A stretch of DNA of 64,000 nt. Origin: Tubulanus polymorphus. Taxonomy: Eukaryota > Animalia > Nemertea. This document shows, piece by piece, positions 52,142 through 64,000 of the stretch. Within the stretch, counting starts at the first letter, position 1. Every line of letters begins with the position of its first letter. The notes below the pieces were generated by a model. That model made no database searches. It had not been told where the DNA came from and worked only from the letters and a program-made list of their open reading frames with translations. The translations under genes were made by a program, and so were the position numbers. Where the stretch lies: positions 46,712 through 110,711 of the forward strand of contig NW_027437448.1 of NCBI RefSeq assembly GCF_964204645.1, given 5' to 3'.

Positions 52142-55100
52142 TTATACGTCATAAAATAATCGTGATAATTGATATCTTATCATAAATGCAACAATGCTGC
52201 AAAATACCTAAAAAAAACAATAACAGTTTAAACATTAGTTTAATCTATTGATATTAGCATAAAATCATTAGAAATCAAAACTTACTTGAAAAGCAAGAAG
52301 AATCACTGTGAGTGATCTCTCATGAGTCGGACCAATAATTGATAAAATAAAATTAATCAGCGTAAAATTATTACATTCGACAAATTTTCCGTCGTCGCCG
52401 AGATTGTACTTAATATCGATAATACGCAACACAGCGAATAAACGCACTAAAACACGGCCGAATAAACCGAGGTCTTCAACGCGGAATTTTACTAAACTCA
52501 TTCCTAATTTATTCGTTTTAGCATCAAATCTAAAATAAATAATAAAAACATTCTATGAATAAATGGAACAGGAGTGAGGGAGAGGGGGAGGGGAGGAGGA
52601 TGGGGAGGAGGGGCGAACTGAGAGATGAAAATCTTACTTTGGTAAACGATGTCTCGGACACGGCACGAAGTGAAACAGCTGAGGAACCGAATAAATAAAA
52701 TTCAAAACTTGCGGAATAAAAAACAGTAACATTGTTTTACTGAAGTGACTGAGAATCGCGACGACTGCGAACGTCATTCCGGAAAAATAACAGAATGTGT
52801 CTCCGACAAATACAGCAGACGGATACCTGGAAATATATACAATCAATCAAATCAATCAATCAATCAGACAGTCAGCTAACCAATCAACTAACCAGTCAGC
52901 CAGCAAGTCAGCCAGCTTACCACAGCCAGCCAATCAATCGACAAACCAGTCAGCTAACTAACCAACCGACTAATCAGACAGCCAACCAATCAGCCAAGTA
53001 ACCAGTCAGCTAACTAACCAGTCAGCTAACTAACCAACCGACTTATCAGTCAGCCAAATAGTCAGCATACAAACAAACCAACTGATCAGCCAGCCAACCA
53101 GTCAACTAACCAACCAACTAATCAGCCAGCCAACCAGTCGGCTAACCAACTAATCAGCCTGCCAACCAGTCAGTCAGTTAATCAATTATTCACTGATAAA
53201 TTACTGCCATATTTTTACTTACCAGTTGTAATACATTAATGCTAATGTAACGGCCAGATAAGGCATCATGAATATCAGTGAAAATACGTGATCATTATTA
53301 AAATCACCTGAAATATAGAATTTATTCATTTTAGCATTAATTAGCATGAATTATAAACGGTTATAATCGAATGTTGATGATTCATACCTCGTAATTCGAT
53401 CAGATTGAATATAATAACTGATATAGAAATGATGACACTTTGACCGCATTCTAATCCATTTATACCGGCTAATATATTAATAGCATTAGTACAGAATACA
53501 GCCAGCATTCCCATATACACATAATACAATAAACCTACAAATATAATACATATATCAATCAGCTGACACACGTAATACTCATTGTATCAATCAGCTGACA
53601 CACGTAATACTCATTGTATCAATCAGCTGACCCCAGTAATACTCATTGTATCAATCAGCTGACACGCGTAATACTCATTGTATCAATCAGCTGACCCCAG
53701 TAATACTCATTGTATCAATCAGCTGACCCCAGTAATACTCATTGTATCAATCAGCTGACCCCAGTAATACTCATTGTATCAATCAGCTGACACACGTAAT
53801 ACTCATTGTATCAATCAGCTGACCCCAGTAATACTCATTGTATCAATCAGCTGACCCCAGTAATACTCATTGTATCAATCAGCTGACCCAGTAATACTCA
53901 TTGTATCAATCAGCTGACCCCAGTAATACTCATTGTATCAATCAGCTGACCCCAGTAATACTCATTGTATCAATCAGCTGACCCCAGTAATACTCATTGT
54001 ATCAATCAGCTGACACACGTAATACTCATTGTATCAATCAGCTGACCCCAGTAATACTCATTGTATCAATCAGCTGACCCCAGTAATACTCATTGTATCA
54101 ATCAGCTGACCCCAGTAATACTCATTGTATCAATCAGCTGACCCCAGTAATACTCATTGTATCAATCAGCTGACACACGTAATACTCATTGTATCAATCA
54201 GCTGACACATGTAATACTCATTGTATCAATCAGCTGACACACGTAATACTCATTGTATCAATCAGCTGACACACGTAATACTCATTGTATCAATCAGCTG
54301 ACACATGTAATACTCATTGTATCCACGGATACTTACTGAGATTTAAATCGTATCCTAGCAACGCGCGTAGCGGTTTAGGTACAATAATTGTAGTGGATCC
54401 AAAATTCACGAAATAAACCATTAACAACGGAAGAGACGCCATCGTAGGCAGCAGCAACTTGTGGCGCCATCTTAAATCTAAAACATCGTCTGCGAACCCG
54501 AGGAATATCATACAACAGATCGACAGCAGAGCAGAAATAAACTCGACCAACTGAAATATATACATACAATTAACAACAGGAGCGGGTACTCGATTCAGGT
54601 GTTAGGAGTGGGTACTCGATTCAGGTGTTAGGAGTGGGTACTCGATTCAGGTGTTAGGAGCGGGTACTCGATTCAGGTGTTAGGAGCGGGTACTCGATTC
54701 AGGTGTTAGGAGTGGGTACTCGATTCAGGTGTTAGGAGTGGGTACTCGATTCAGGTGTTAGGAGCGGGTACTCGATTCAGGTGTTAGCAGCGGGTACTCG
54801 ATTCAGGTGTTAGGAGCGGGTACTCGATTCAGGTGTTAGGAGCAGGTACTCGATTCAGGTGTTAGGAGCAGGTACTCGATTCAGGTGTTAGGAGCAGGTA
54901 CTCGATTCAGGTGTTAGGAGCAGGTACTCGATTCAGGTGTTAGGAGCAGGTACTCGATTCAGGTGTTAGGAGCAGGTACTCGATTCAGGTGTTAGCAGCA
55001 GGTACTCGATTCAGGTGTTAGCAGCAGGTACTCAATTCAGGTGTTAGCAGCAGGTACTCGATTCAGGTGTTAGGAGCAGGTACTCGATTCAGGTGTTAGG

Positions 55101-55667
55101 AGCGGGTACTCGATTCAGGTGTTAGGAGTGGGTACTCGATTCAGGTGTTAGGAGCCGGTACTCGATTCAGGTGTTAGGGGCAGGTACTCGATTCAGGTGT
55201 TAGGAGCAGGTACTCAATTCAGGTGTTAGCAGCAGGTACTCGATTCAGGTGATAGGAGCAGGTACTCGATTAACCCCTGGCAAGTGAGGATGAAGTACTT
55301 ACACGTTCATGTGGAAATGCCTGTAATATTTTCCCTTCCGCGATATGTTGATAAAATACGACTGGTATAAACAGGAATAGAACTAATAGATAAATAGCTC
55401 CGCACAAGACGCCTTGAGCCTCAGGTCTGTCAAATATAAACCACAAATATCAGAAATTACAATTCATATGTTAATGAAAGAAACAGGACAATAAAGGGAA
55501 GCAACTTACACTTTGACTTTTGTCGTTTTGCTCAAATCAATGCCGAATAAATTGGCTTTAATGAACATCTGTTTGAATCTAGGAATTAATCTGAATGTCA
55601 CAATGAACGCGATTATTGATAAAAAAGCGTTTGATAACAATAAATAACTCTGATTTGCGGCATACAT
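52142..55667 (-). CDS. DPAGT1: UDP-GlcNAc:dolichyl-phosphate GlcNAc-1-phosphotransferase (ALG7/GPT), 8 exons
   Basis: [82 protein letters not shown]-terminus [12 protein letters not shown]. Confidence 0.97.
53553..54322. repeat. 32/33-bp minisatellite filling a DPAGT1 intron
   Basis: GTAATACTCATTGTATCAATCAGCTGAC(CCCA/ACAC), about 24 copies. Confidence 0.97.
54578..55271. repeat. 24-bp minisatellite filling a DPAGT1 intron
   Basis: GGAGCRGGTACTCGATTCAGGTGTTA-like unit, 24-26 bp by eye, roughly 27-29 copies. Confidence 0.9.
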
Positions 55668-57192
<1,525 letters not shown>

Positions 57193-57736
57193 TTTCATCA
57201 AAATATACCATATTTCAAAAACAGTTTTTCTAAGGACAATCTAAGGTGGGCTGGTCCTCGAGTGATGGGTTTAGTTTATTCAATGTTTATGTTCAGTATT
57301 TTTTTTCTGGAATCTTCTGAATTCATTCATTTAACAAATAAAATAATGTAAATACATGTACTTAAAATCTCTACAAACTTCACTACTTTGAGGATGTGAA
57401 ATCATTGATACCTTTAAATTCCGCTAGATGGCGCATGAGTCGCCAGTAAGATGCAGCGTTACGCTCGAACATGACTTGTTGGTCATTCGTTCAGCTAAAT
57501 GGTACCGGTATATGAATCGCGACACCCCTCGTCATTGAGGAATCCATTCCCAATATCAGACATTGGGACCGTAAAAACTTGACTTGACATAAGACTGTGA
57601 AACTGACCCCTGTAGTGATATGTATGATACGATATAGCAGAAACATTTAGTACAAATACATATAACTTATTTATTTTGAAGGAATTGATTTCAAAAACAC
57701 ATTCATCATTTTTATTTCATCTTCATTTTATCCTCT

Positions 57737-60700
57737 TCATTTCTTCTCTTTCTCTGCGAGATATTTATAATGTAGTTTCATCGTATCTGTTTGAGAAACT
57801 TTAATCCAACCATCTTCCTTCATGTGATACACTACAAAACATACAACATCCTACATTGTGGTGGGCAGTATGAGAGGAGAGGGCAGTATGAGAGGAGAGG
57901 GGGGTGGAGAGGGGGGGTATGTTAAATCGCACACTTTTACCCTAACCATCTCCTCCTCATGGATGTTTTTATATATGCACCTCGTTCCCCCTTTAAGACA
58001 TGGGGCCACACCATTCGATCAACCTCCCTTTTATTCAATCAAATCTTTTACCCTAACCGACTATCTCATGGATGGTTTTGTATGTAATCTCCCTTATTGA
58101 TGGTGCATATAGCATATCCCCTCATTCCCCTCACGTATGGAGGGAGGAAGGGAGGGGTGGATTGAATACTCACAGTTAACGACACCTCCGCTGTACGCGT
58201 CTCTATGAGTGGCGTGATAAATAGACCTCACTCCCAGTTCATACGCTTCCTCTACAGATAAATCATATCTATATCCGTCGTCTAAAACCCCGTAAGCGTA
58301 CGGAGATCCCGATCCAACGGAGAACAGATTACCGGATAATCTCTGACCGTCGCTGTCAACATAGAATAATCCGGGCCCCTACAATTATACAATACCAGAA
58401 ACTAGTTAATAACACCCCCTAGTGGCCAGTCGGTAAAATACTGGAATAATGAATTACTTATACTTACTCTCTTGTCCCAACCAACGATCATAGTTCCCTA
58501 GAATAACAAAATAAAACAATTCAACATAAACAAAGAGAAATACAGAGAGAGGGAGGAAGGGGAGAGAGAGGGGAGAGTAAGAGGAGAAAGGGAGGAGAGG
58601 GGAGAGGGAGGAAGGGGAGAGTAAGAGGAAAAAGGGAGGAGAGGGGAGAGGGAGGAAGGGGAGAGTAAGAGGAGAGGAAGGAGAGAGTAAGAGGAGAGGA
58701 GAGAGGGGAGGAGAGAGGGGAGAGAGGAGAGAGGGGAGGAGAGAGGGAGGAGAGAGGGGAGAGTAAAAGAGGAGGGGAGAGGGGAGGAGAGAGTAAGTGG
58801 AGAAAGGGAGGAGAGGGAAGAGGGGAGAGGGAGAGAGAGGGAGGGAGGAGAGGGGAGTGAGCAAAAGAGGGAGAGGGGAAAGGGAGGAGAGAGTAAGAGG
58901 AGAAAGGGAGGGGAGGGGAGAGGGAGGAGAGAGTAAGAGGAGAGTAAGAGAGAGAGAAGAGAAAGGGAGGAGAGGGAGGAGAGAGGGAGGAGAGCGATGC
59001 TTACCATAGATAAACCCATACCGCGATAGTCATACACAATATTTCCCAATAGTTTTGAAGCCGCAGCAACAGAAATTCTTTCTTTATTCCTCAATTCATA
59101 AATCCTAAAATGAAATGTTTATAACATGTTTGATAAACTGCACCAGAGGAGGAGTTGTGACCGGGTGTGGACCAACTGACCGGACTAGATGTAGTGTATA
59201 CTGACCGGACTAGATGTAGTGTATACTGACCGGACTAGATGTAGTGTATACTGACCGGACTAGATGTAGTGTATACTGTCCGGACTAGATGTAGTGTATA
59301 CTGACCGGACTAGATGTAGTGTATACTGACCGGACTAGATGTAGTGTATACTGACCGGACTAGATGTAGTGTATACTGACCGGACTAGATGTAGTGTATA
59401 CTGACCGGACTAGATGTAGTGTATACTGACCGGACTAGATGTAGTGTATACTGACCGGACTAGATGTAGTGTATACTGACCGGACTAGATGTAGTGTATA
59501 CTGACCGGACTAGATGTAGTGTATACTGACCGGACTAGATGTAGTGTATACTGACCGGACTAGATGTAGTGTATACTGACCGGACTAGATGTAGTGTATA
59601 CTGACCGGACTAGATGTAGTGTATACTGACCGGACTAGATGTAGTGTATACTTACCGGACTAGATGTAGTGTATACTGACCGGACTAGATGTAGTGTATA
59701 CTGACCGGACTAGATGTAGTGTATACTGACCGGACTGGATGTAGTGTATACTGACCGGACTAGATGTAGGGTATACTGACCGGACTAGATGTAGTGTATA
59801 CTGGCGGGACTAGATGTAGTGTATACTGGCCGGACTAGATGTAGTGTATACTGACCGGACTAGATGTAGTGTATACTGACCGGACTAGATGTAGTGTATA
59901 CTGACCGGACTAGATGTAGTGTATACTGACCGGACTAGATGTAGTGTATACTGACCGGACTAGATGTAGTGTATACTGACCGGACTAGATGTAGTGTATA
60001 CTGACCGGACTAGATGTAGGGTATACTGACCGGACTAGATGTAGTGTATACTGACCGGACTAGATGTAGTGTATACTGACCTGGCTTCTCTTGCTAGAAC
60101 TCTCTCCCAGAACATACAATCAGCAGCGCCACCTGCCATCGTACCCAACAGAAACGGGTTGATTTCAATCACTTTCTTCACAGTCTGTGACGCTATCAAC
60201 ACAAACAAACAAACAATAGATTGAGAGATCTCCTGATTTTACTGTTTGATAATCCTTCAATACAGCGTAATACACAGTTTCACTGGTCGCGTATTGAGAC
60301 GATATTGAGGTATGTATTCAAAGGATTAAGCGAAACATCCCCAAAAAATTGATCCCAGATAAAAATAAATAATTTCAGCTCTCTCTGGACAGGACGCAGA
60401 GTGCCAGTGGTTCAGGGAGGGAGGGGGAGGGTATCAGTTGCTTACCGATGAGAGGTCCTGCTGAAGCTCTCGAATCCACTGCAACTATCACACCTTCTTT
60501 AAATTTAAATGCTAAAGTTGTCGTTCCATGATCGAAATGTATTTTCATCGGACTTTCATCATCAGTCAACTCGTTCAAACTTCTCCGACCCTGACACAGC
60601 GAACAAGCAATAAAATAAATTGACAATTGATTGAATATTGAATATTTTGTAACTGTCTGATTCTGTGATGATAAGAATGAAACTCACGTCATAATTCGGA

Positions 60701-60816
60701 GGTACCACAAATCTATCCTGTTCCCCAAAAGTGACATCGCTATTTCGAGCATTTAAAGGGTAAACTTGCGTTTGAAACTGTTTTTTATCGAAACGACAAA
60801 TCTCAGCGAGCGCCAT
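57737..60816 (-). CDS. PSMB5: Proteasome subunit beta type-5, 7 exons
   Basis: Propeptide then HG|[80 protein letters not shown]; stop at 57737-57739. Confidence 0.95.
59176..60080 (-). repeat. 25-bp minisatellite (~36 copies) starting at a PSMB5 donor site
   Basis: Minus-strand unit GTCAGTATACACTACATCTAGTCCG; the first GTCAGT is the real donor after the exon end at 60081. Confidence 0.97.
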
Positions 60817-61143
60817 GATGACTTTGGGTATTTATGCCGTCAGGTGCTGCCATCTAGCGCTTTTACAAATATATTCCTCTAGACTGGTTACCGGTCTCGT
60901 TTGAATGGGACAGTCAGCCAGTCTAATACTCCTGCCGTACGACTGATGAAATCCGATGACATTTAGGGTCAGGGTTAGTTAGAATTTTATCTGGCTGGTA
61001 AGGCAAAATCACTTCAAACCCGACAGTCGGTTTCCGGTTGGCTCCGGTTAATTCCGGTCGGTTTCAGTTGGTTATTAGTAGAAGCCGTCAAGTCAAATCC
61101 AATTAAATGTTATTGAAAGTTACTTCCGGGTTGGTTGATAGAA
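60817..61143. promoter_or_regulatory. Bidirectional promoter PSMB5/SMIM13
   Basis: 327 bp between divergent ATGs; ACTTCCGGGT at ~61122 and other TCCGG motifs. Confidence 0.65.
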
Positions 61144-62043
61144 ATGAATGAGATTTTTCTATCAATATTTTCACTCGTCGCTTCCCTTCTTGTTGTCATA
61201 TTATTCATATTTTTAGGTATGTTTCAGTTTTATTTATGTTTATTTCCGACGCTCACTTGAAGTATTTTGTTATTCGCATTTTTTAATGTAAAAGTGAGCC
61301 TCCTCCGGAGCCGACTAGACCCCAGGCCCGGCCCCCAAGCTAGAAGCAAGGTCCATGGGGTAACTTTGCTTTTACCTTATCGTCGGTGGTGCTTTTATCT
61401 TATCGAGAATATCCAGTGGGCTTGTTGAATGATAACCCTACTCTGCTGGTGGGTTCCCCTCCCGGGTAGATGTAACCGGATTTACTGACTGGATTCTCTC
61501 AATCCATGAGACCATATGTTATCAATATGTTACCAAGGCATGGATACCAGTGAATCCACGTTTGCACCTGCGAATCACCATAGAATCTCCAGACAGTCTC
61601 CAGAGATCTAGGTTGTTTTATCCAGTATGAAATTAATTAAATTGTCATGTAGTTTTTATGATAGTGGTTATAGAAAATAAGTTTAAACTGTAGCCGTTGG
61701 ATGTAGCTACTATTTAGTTCACTGATCCAGTTCCAGATCGGCTGTCAATCATTGTTGAATCTGAATATGTGTACATGTTTATTTGCTCTATTAATCTACT
61801 TTTAATTGTTTCTAGGATGGTACATTGTATATATTGTTTATTGTTTCTAGGATGGTACATTGTATATATTGTTTATTGTTTCTAGGATGGTACATTGTTT
61901 GGAAGCTGTTTCTATCGAGGTTTAAATTCATACAAGAATTACTAGGATCTGATGGCTGTAAAAGTGAAGAATCAACAATGAGTCAGCAGCAGGATCAATC
62001 CAAATCAAAAACAACTAGACGACGCAATTTAAGAATTGATTGA
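61144..62043 (+). CDS. SMIM13: Small integral membrane protein 13-like (76 aa)
   Basis: Exons 61144-61216 and 61886-62043: MNEIFLSIFSLVASLLVVILFIFLGWYIVWKLFLSRFKFIQELLG..., matching the recalled family motif GWYxVWxLFLSxFKFxxEL. Confidence 0.88.
61806..61898 (+). repeat. 35-bp triplication of the SMIM13 acceptor site
   Basis: TTGTTTCTAG|GATGGTACATTGT with exon-like starts at 61816, 61851 and 61886. Confidence 0.95.
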
Positions 62044-62821
62044 TCATCCATAAAACCAAAAACATGTGAAATTGAAAAAACTCTGTGTAATACACGATTT
62101 CTCCGGTAGATGGCGCAGGTGTAATGAGAGAGACTTCTGTAGCTCTGGCAAGCGACGATCTAATATCTAGTGTAATTTATAAACATGTACCGTCAATTTT
62201 TGTCAAACAATTGAAATAAATGTAAATGTTTTTGTAGAAAAAAGTTTTATGATTTTGTTCCTGTAGAGGCCGAGGAGTAGTGAGGATGTCCTAGGTTCAA
62301 ATCCAGAATCAGACAAGTGGTAATATTCGGTAAACTGTACATGGTTCCATTTTTTTTATTTCGGGCGGTTGTACTCAGATTATTTCGCCATCTATTGGAA
62401 TTTTGCTCAACTATCATATCCTGGCTTTTGAAACCTAGCAAAATTTGTGACGAAGGATTTTTCGCATGCGCCATCTATCGGAAATTTATCGCCTTTAGGG
62501 CGTTGACTAGAAGAGAATGTGCGGGGAACACTGATTCTGAGTGATCCCGATGAAACAGTTCTATTTGGTTATTTGGTTCCTTCCCCTAGAACTGTCATTC
62601 CCTCCCGCGCAGCCCGTCGCAATGTGAATTCCAACCACACTGATTGCATTGCTGCAATCTGGGATCTCGCGGGAGCTCGCGGTATCTCACACCTCGAGCG
62701 CTGCAGCAGTTCATTGAAATATGTTGAATTCCTTAAATTTAATTACTATACGAACATGGCGCTATAAGCGATCAGCGATATCCCCAAGCTGAACCCTGGT
62801 GGAGTCGTATGCCAAGCTGGA

Positions 62822-63178
62822 CCCTGAGAGTCGTGTGCCAAGCTCTAGAGTCTGAGAGTCGTGTGCCAAGCTCTGGAGTCTGAGAGTCGTGTGCCAAGCT
62901 CTGGAGTCTGAGAGTCGTGTGCCAAGCTCTGGAGTCTGAGAGTCGTGTGCCAAGCTCTGGAGTCTGAGAGTCGTGTGCCAAGCTCTGGAGTCTGAGAGTC
63001 GTGTGCCAAGCTCTGGAGTCTGAGAGTCGTGTGCCAAGCTCTGGAGTCTGAGAGTCGTGTGCCAAGCTCTGGAGTCTGAGAGTCGTGTGCCAAGCTGGAG
63101 TGTGAGAGTCGTGTGCCAAGCTCTGGAGTCTGAGAGTCGTGTGCCAAGCTCTGGACCCTGAGAGTCGTGTGCCAAGCT
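62822..63178. repeat. 28-bp minisatellite (~13 copies)
   Basis: CTGAGAGTCGTGTGCCAAGCTCTGGAGT tandem array. Confidence 0.97.
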
Positions 63179-63956
63179 GATAATTTTCCTCTATTCGTTT
63201 ATTTCATCGTTAGTAATAAAATTATACATCTATCTGTTGGATTGTCGTCACGTGATTGCGGAGGAGGCGCAACAATGTGTTGGACGCGTTACTGTTGGTA
63301 ACGCGGCTGTAGCTCGCGCGGTATTTAGCAGACGGATCTCTCAGTGTCTCGTCTCTCTCTCCTCGGGGTTTGTGGAGGAGGATTCTACTGCATACTCGAT
63401 TGTTTTCGGTAAGATATTACATGATTTTTCCGGTGTACACATGAAGGCCGTGAGGACTGCAGACTGAAACTGTTGAATGTATTGTTTAACAATGAATATT
63501 TCATTCCGGGTTTTTTAACAAATCGACTTCTCATCATTATAATATCCGGGTAGTTTCCGGCCGATATCAGTTGCTGGCACGAAGCCAAATGCAGTAAAGA
63601 AGTTGATCCCTTCCCGCAGCGGGAATAAATCGAGTCATCACTTGCCAGGGTTTACTCCGATATTATTCATCAAACAACCAGTGAAGCCGTGTGTAACCAG
63701 TCTAATATGGGACGTAAACAAGTCTAATGTAAAACCCCCGATCCGGGTCTAGAGTCACGTGTCACAAGGATTGGATGCTTTCTATTTCAGTCGTCCCATC
63801 ATGCACCGCTGTTCAAAACGATGATTATCACGTGTTATATTTAAATTTAGTTAATTCAGAGAGGCCCCGCCCCTTCTCCCCCTCCCACTCCCCCCACTCC
63901 CCAGAACTTACAGATCTTTTCACAATCATCTGTTTTACAGCTATTGAGGTACCCGT

Positions 63957-64000
63957 ATGGAAGACGCCGGGAACCGGGATGCTGTTTGTGGTTCCTGCCG
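63957..64000 (+). CDS. Possible first coding exon of a downstream gene (MEDAGNRDAVCGSC...)
   Basis: Acceptor TTTTACAG at ~63941, ATG in ATGG context, CxxC; CpG-rich region with a GTAAGA donor at ~63409 upstream. Too short to identify. Confidence 0.3.
   Translation, partial: MEDAGNRDAVCGSC

Larger units (their letters stand above)
31686..52600 (-). repeat. Tandem segmental duplication: 9 copies of [CPT2 exons 3-2-1, promoter, intergenic, DPAGT1 3'UTR and last two exons]
   Basis: CPT2 ATG copies at 32919 (functional), 34883, 37236, 39874, 42243, 44595, 46965, 49022, 51324; DPAGT1 terminal-exon copies at ~33735, 35700, 38050, 40703, 43056, 45424, 47782, 49835 and 52142 (functional). Confidence 0.97.

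Noticed and set aside
60880-60926. Small TAGACTGG...CCAGTCTA hairpin, similar to 26841-26909
   Set aside because: Arms too short to call a feature without a genome-wide search.

Overview
Gene-dense eukaryotic DNA from a bilaterian invertebrate (short GT-AG introns; species not identifiable from sequence alone). In order: the 3' end of a spliced gene resembling the PWWP3/MUM1 C-terminal domain (+); a decayed Mutator (MULE) transposase with terminal inverted repeats (TIRs) and several MITE/foldback elements; a 7-exon selenophosphate synthetase (+) with in-frame UGA, a stem-loop just after the UGA and a 3'UTR SECIS; a ~1659-aa multi-C2H2 zinc-finger gene (+); a composite B-box/palindrome satellite; CPT2 (-); a ~21-kb tandem array of 8 extra ~2.0-2.6-kb units, each joining the CPT2 promoter and exons 1-3 to the last two DPAGT1 exons; DPAGT1 (-) head-to-head with SLC35E3 (+); PSMB5 (-) head-to-head with SMIM13 (+). 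Most notable: (1) five intronic tandem repeats in four genes whose unit is the splice junction itself; (2) the CPT2/DPAGT1 chimeric array, with a shared nonsense change and a 4721-bp higher-order period; (3) a perfect 114-bp-arm palindrome insertion with a 14-bp target-site duplication (TSD) and a minimal hammerhead-ribozyme motif; (4) arrays of CTCF-consensus motifs, one inside coding sequence. Gene identities come from recalled similarity, not database searches, and coordinates were counted by hand.
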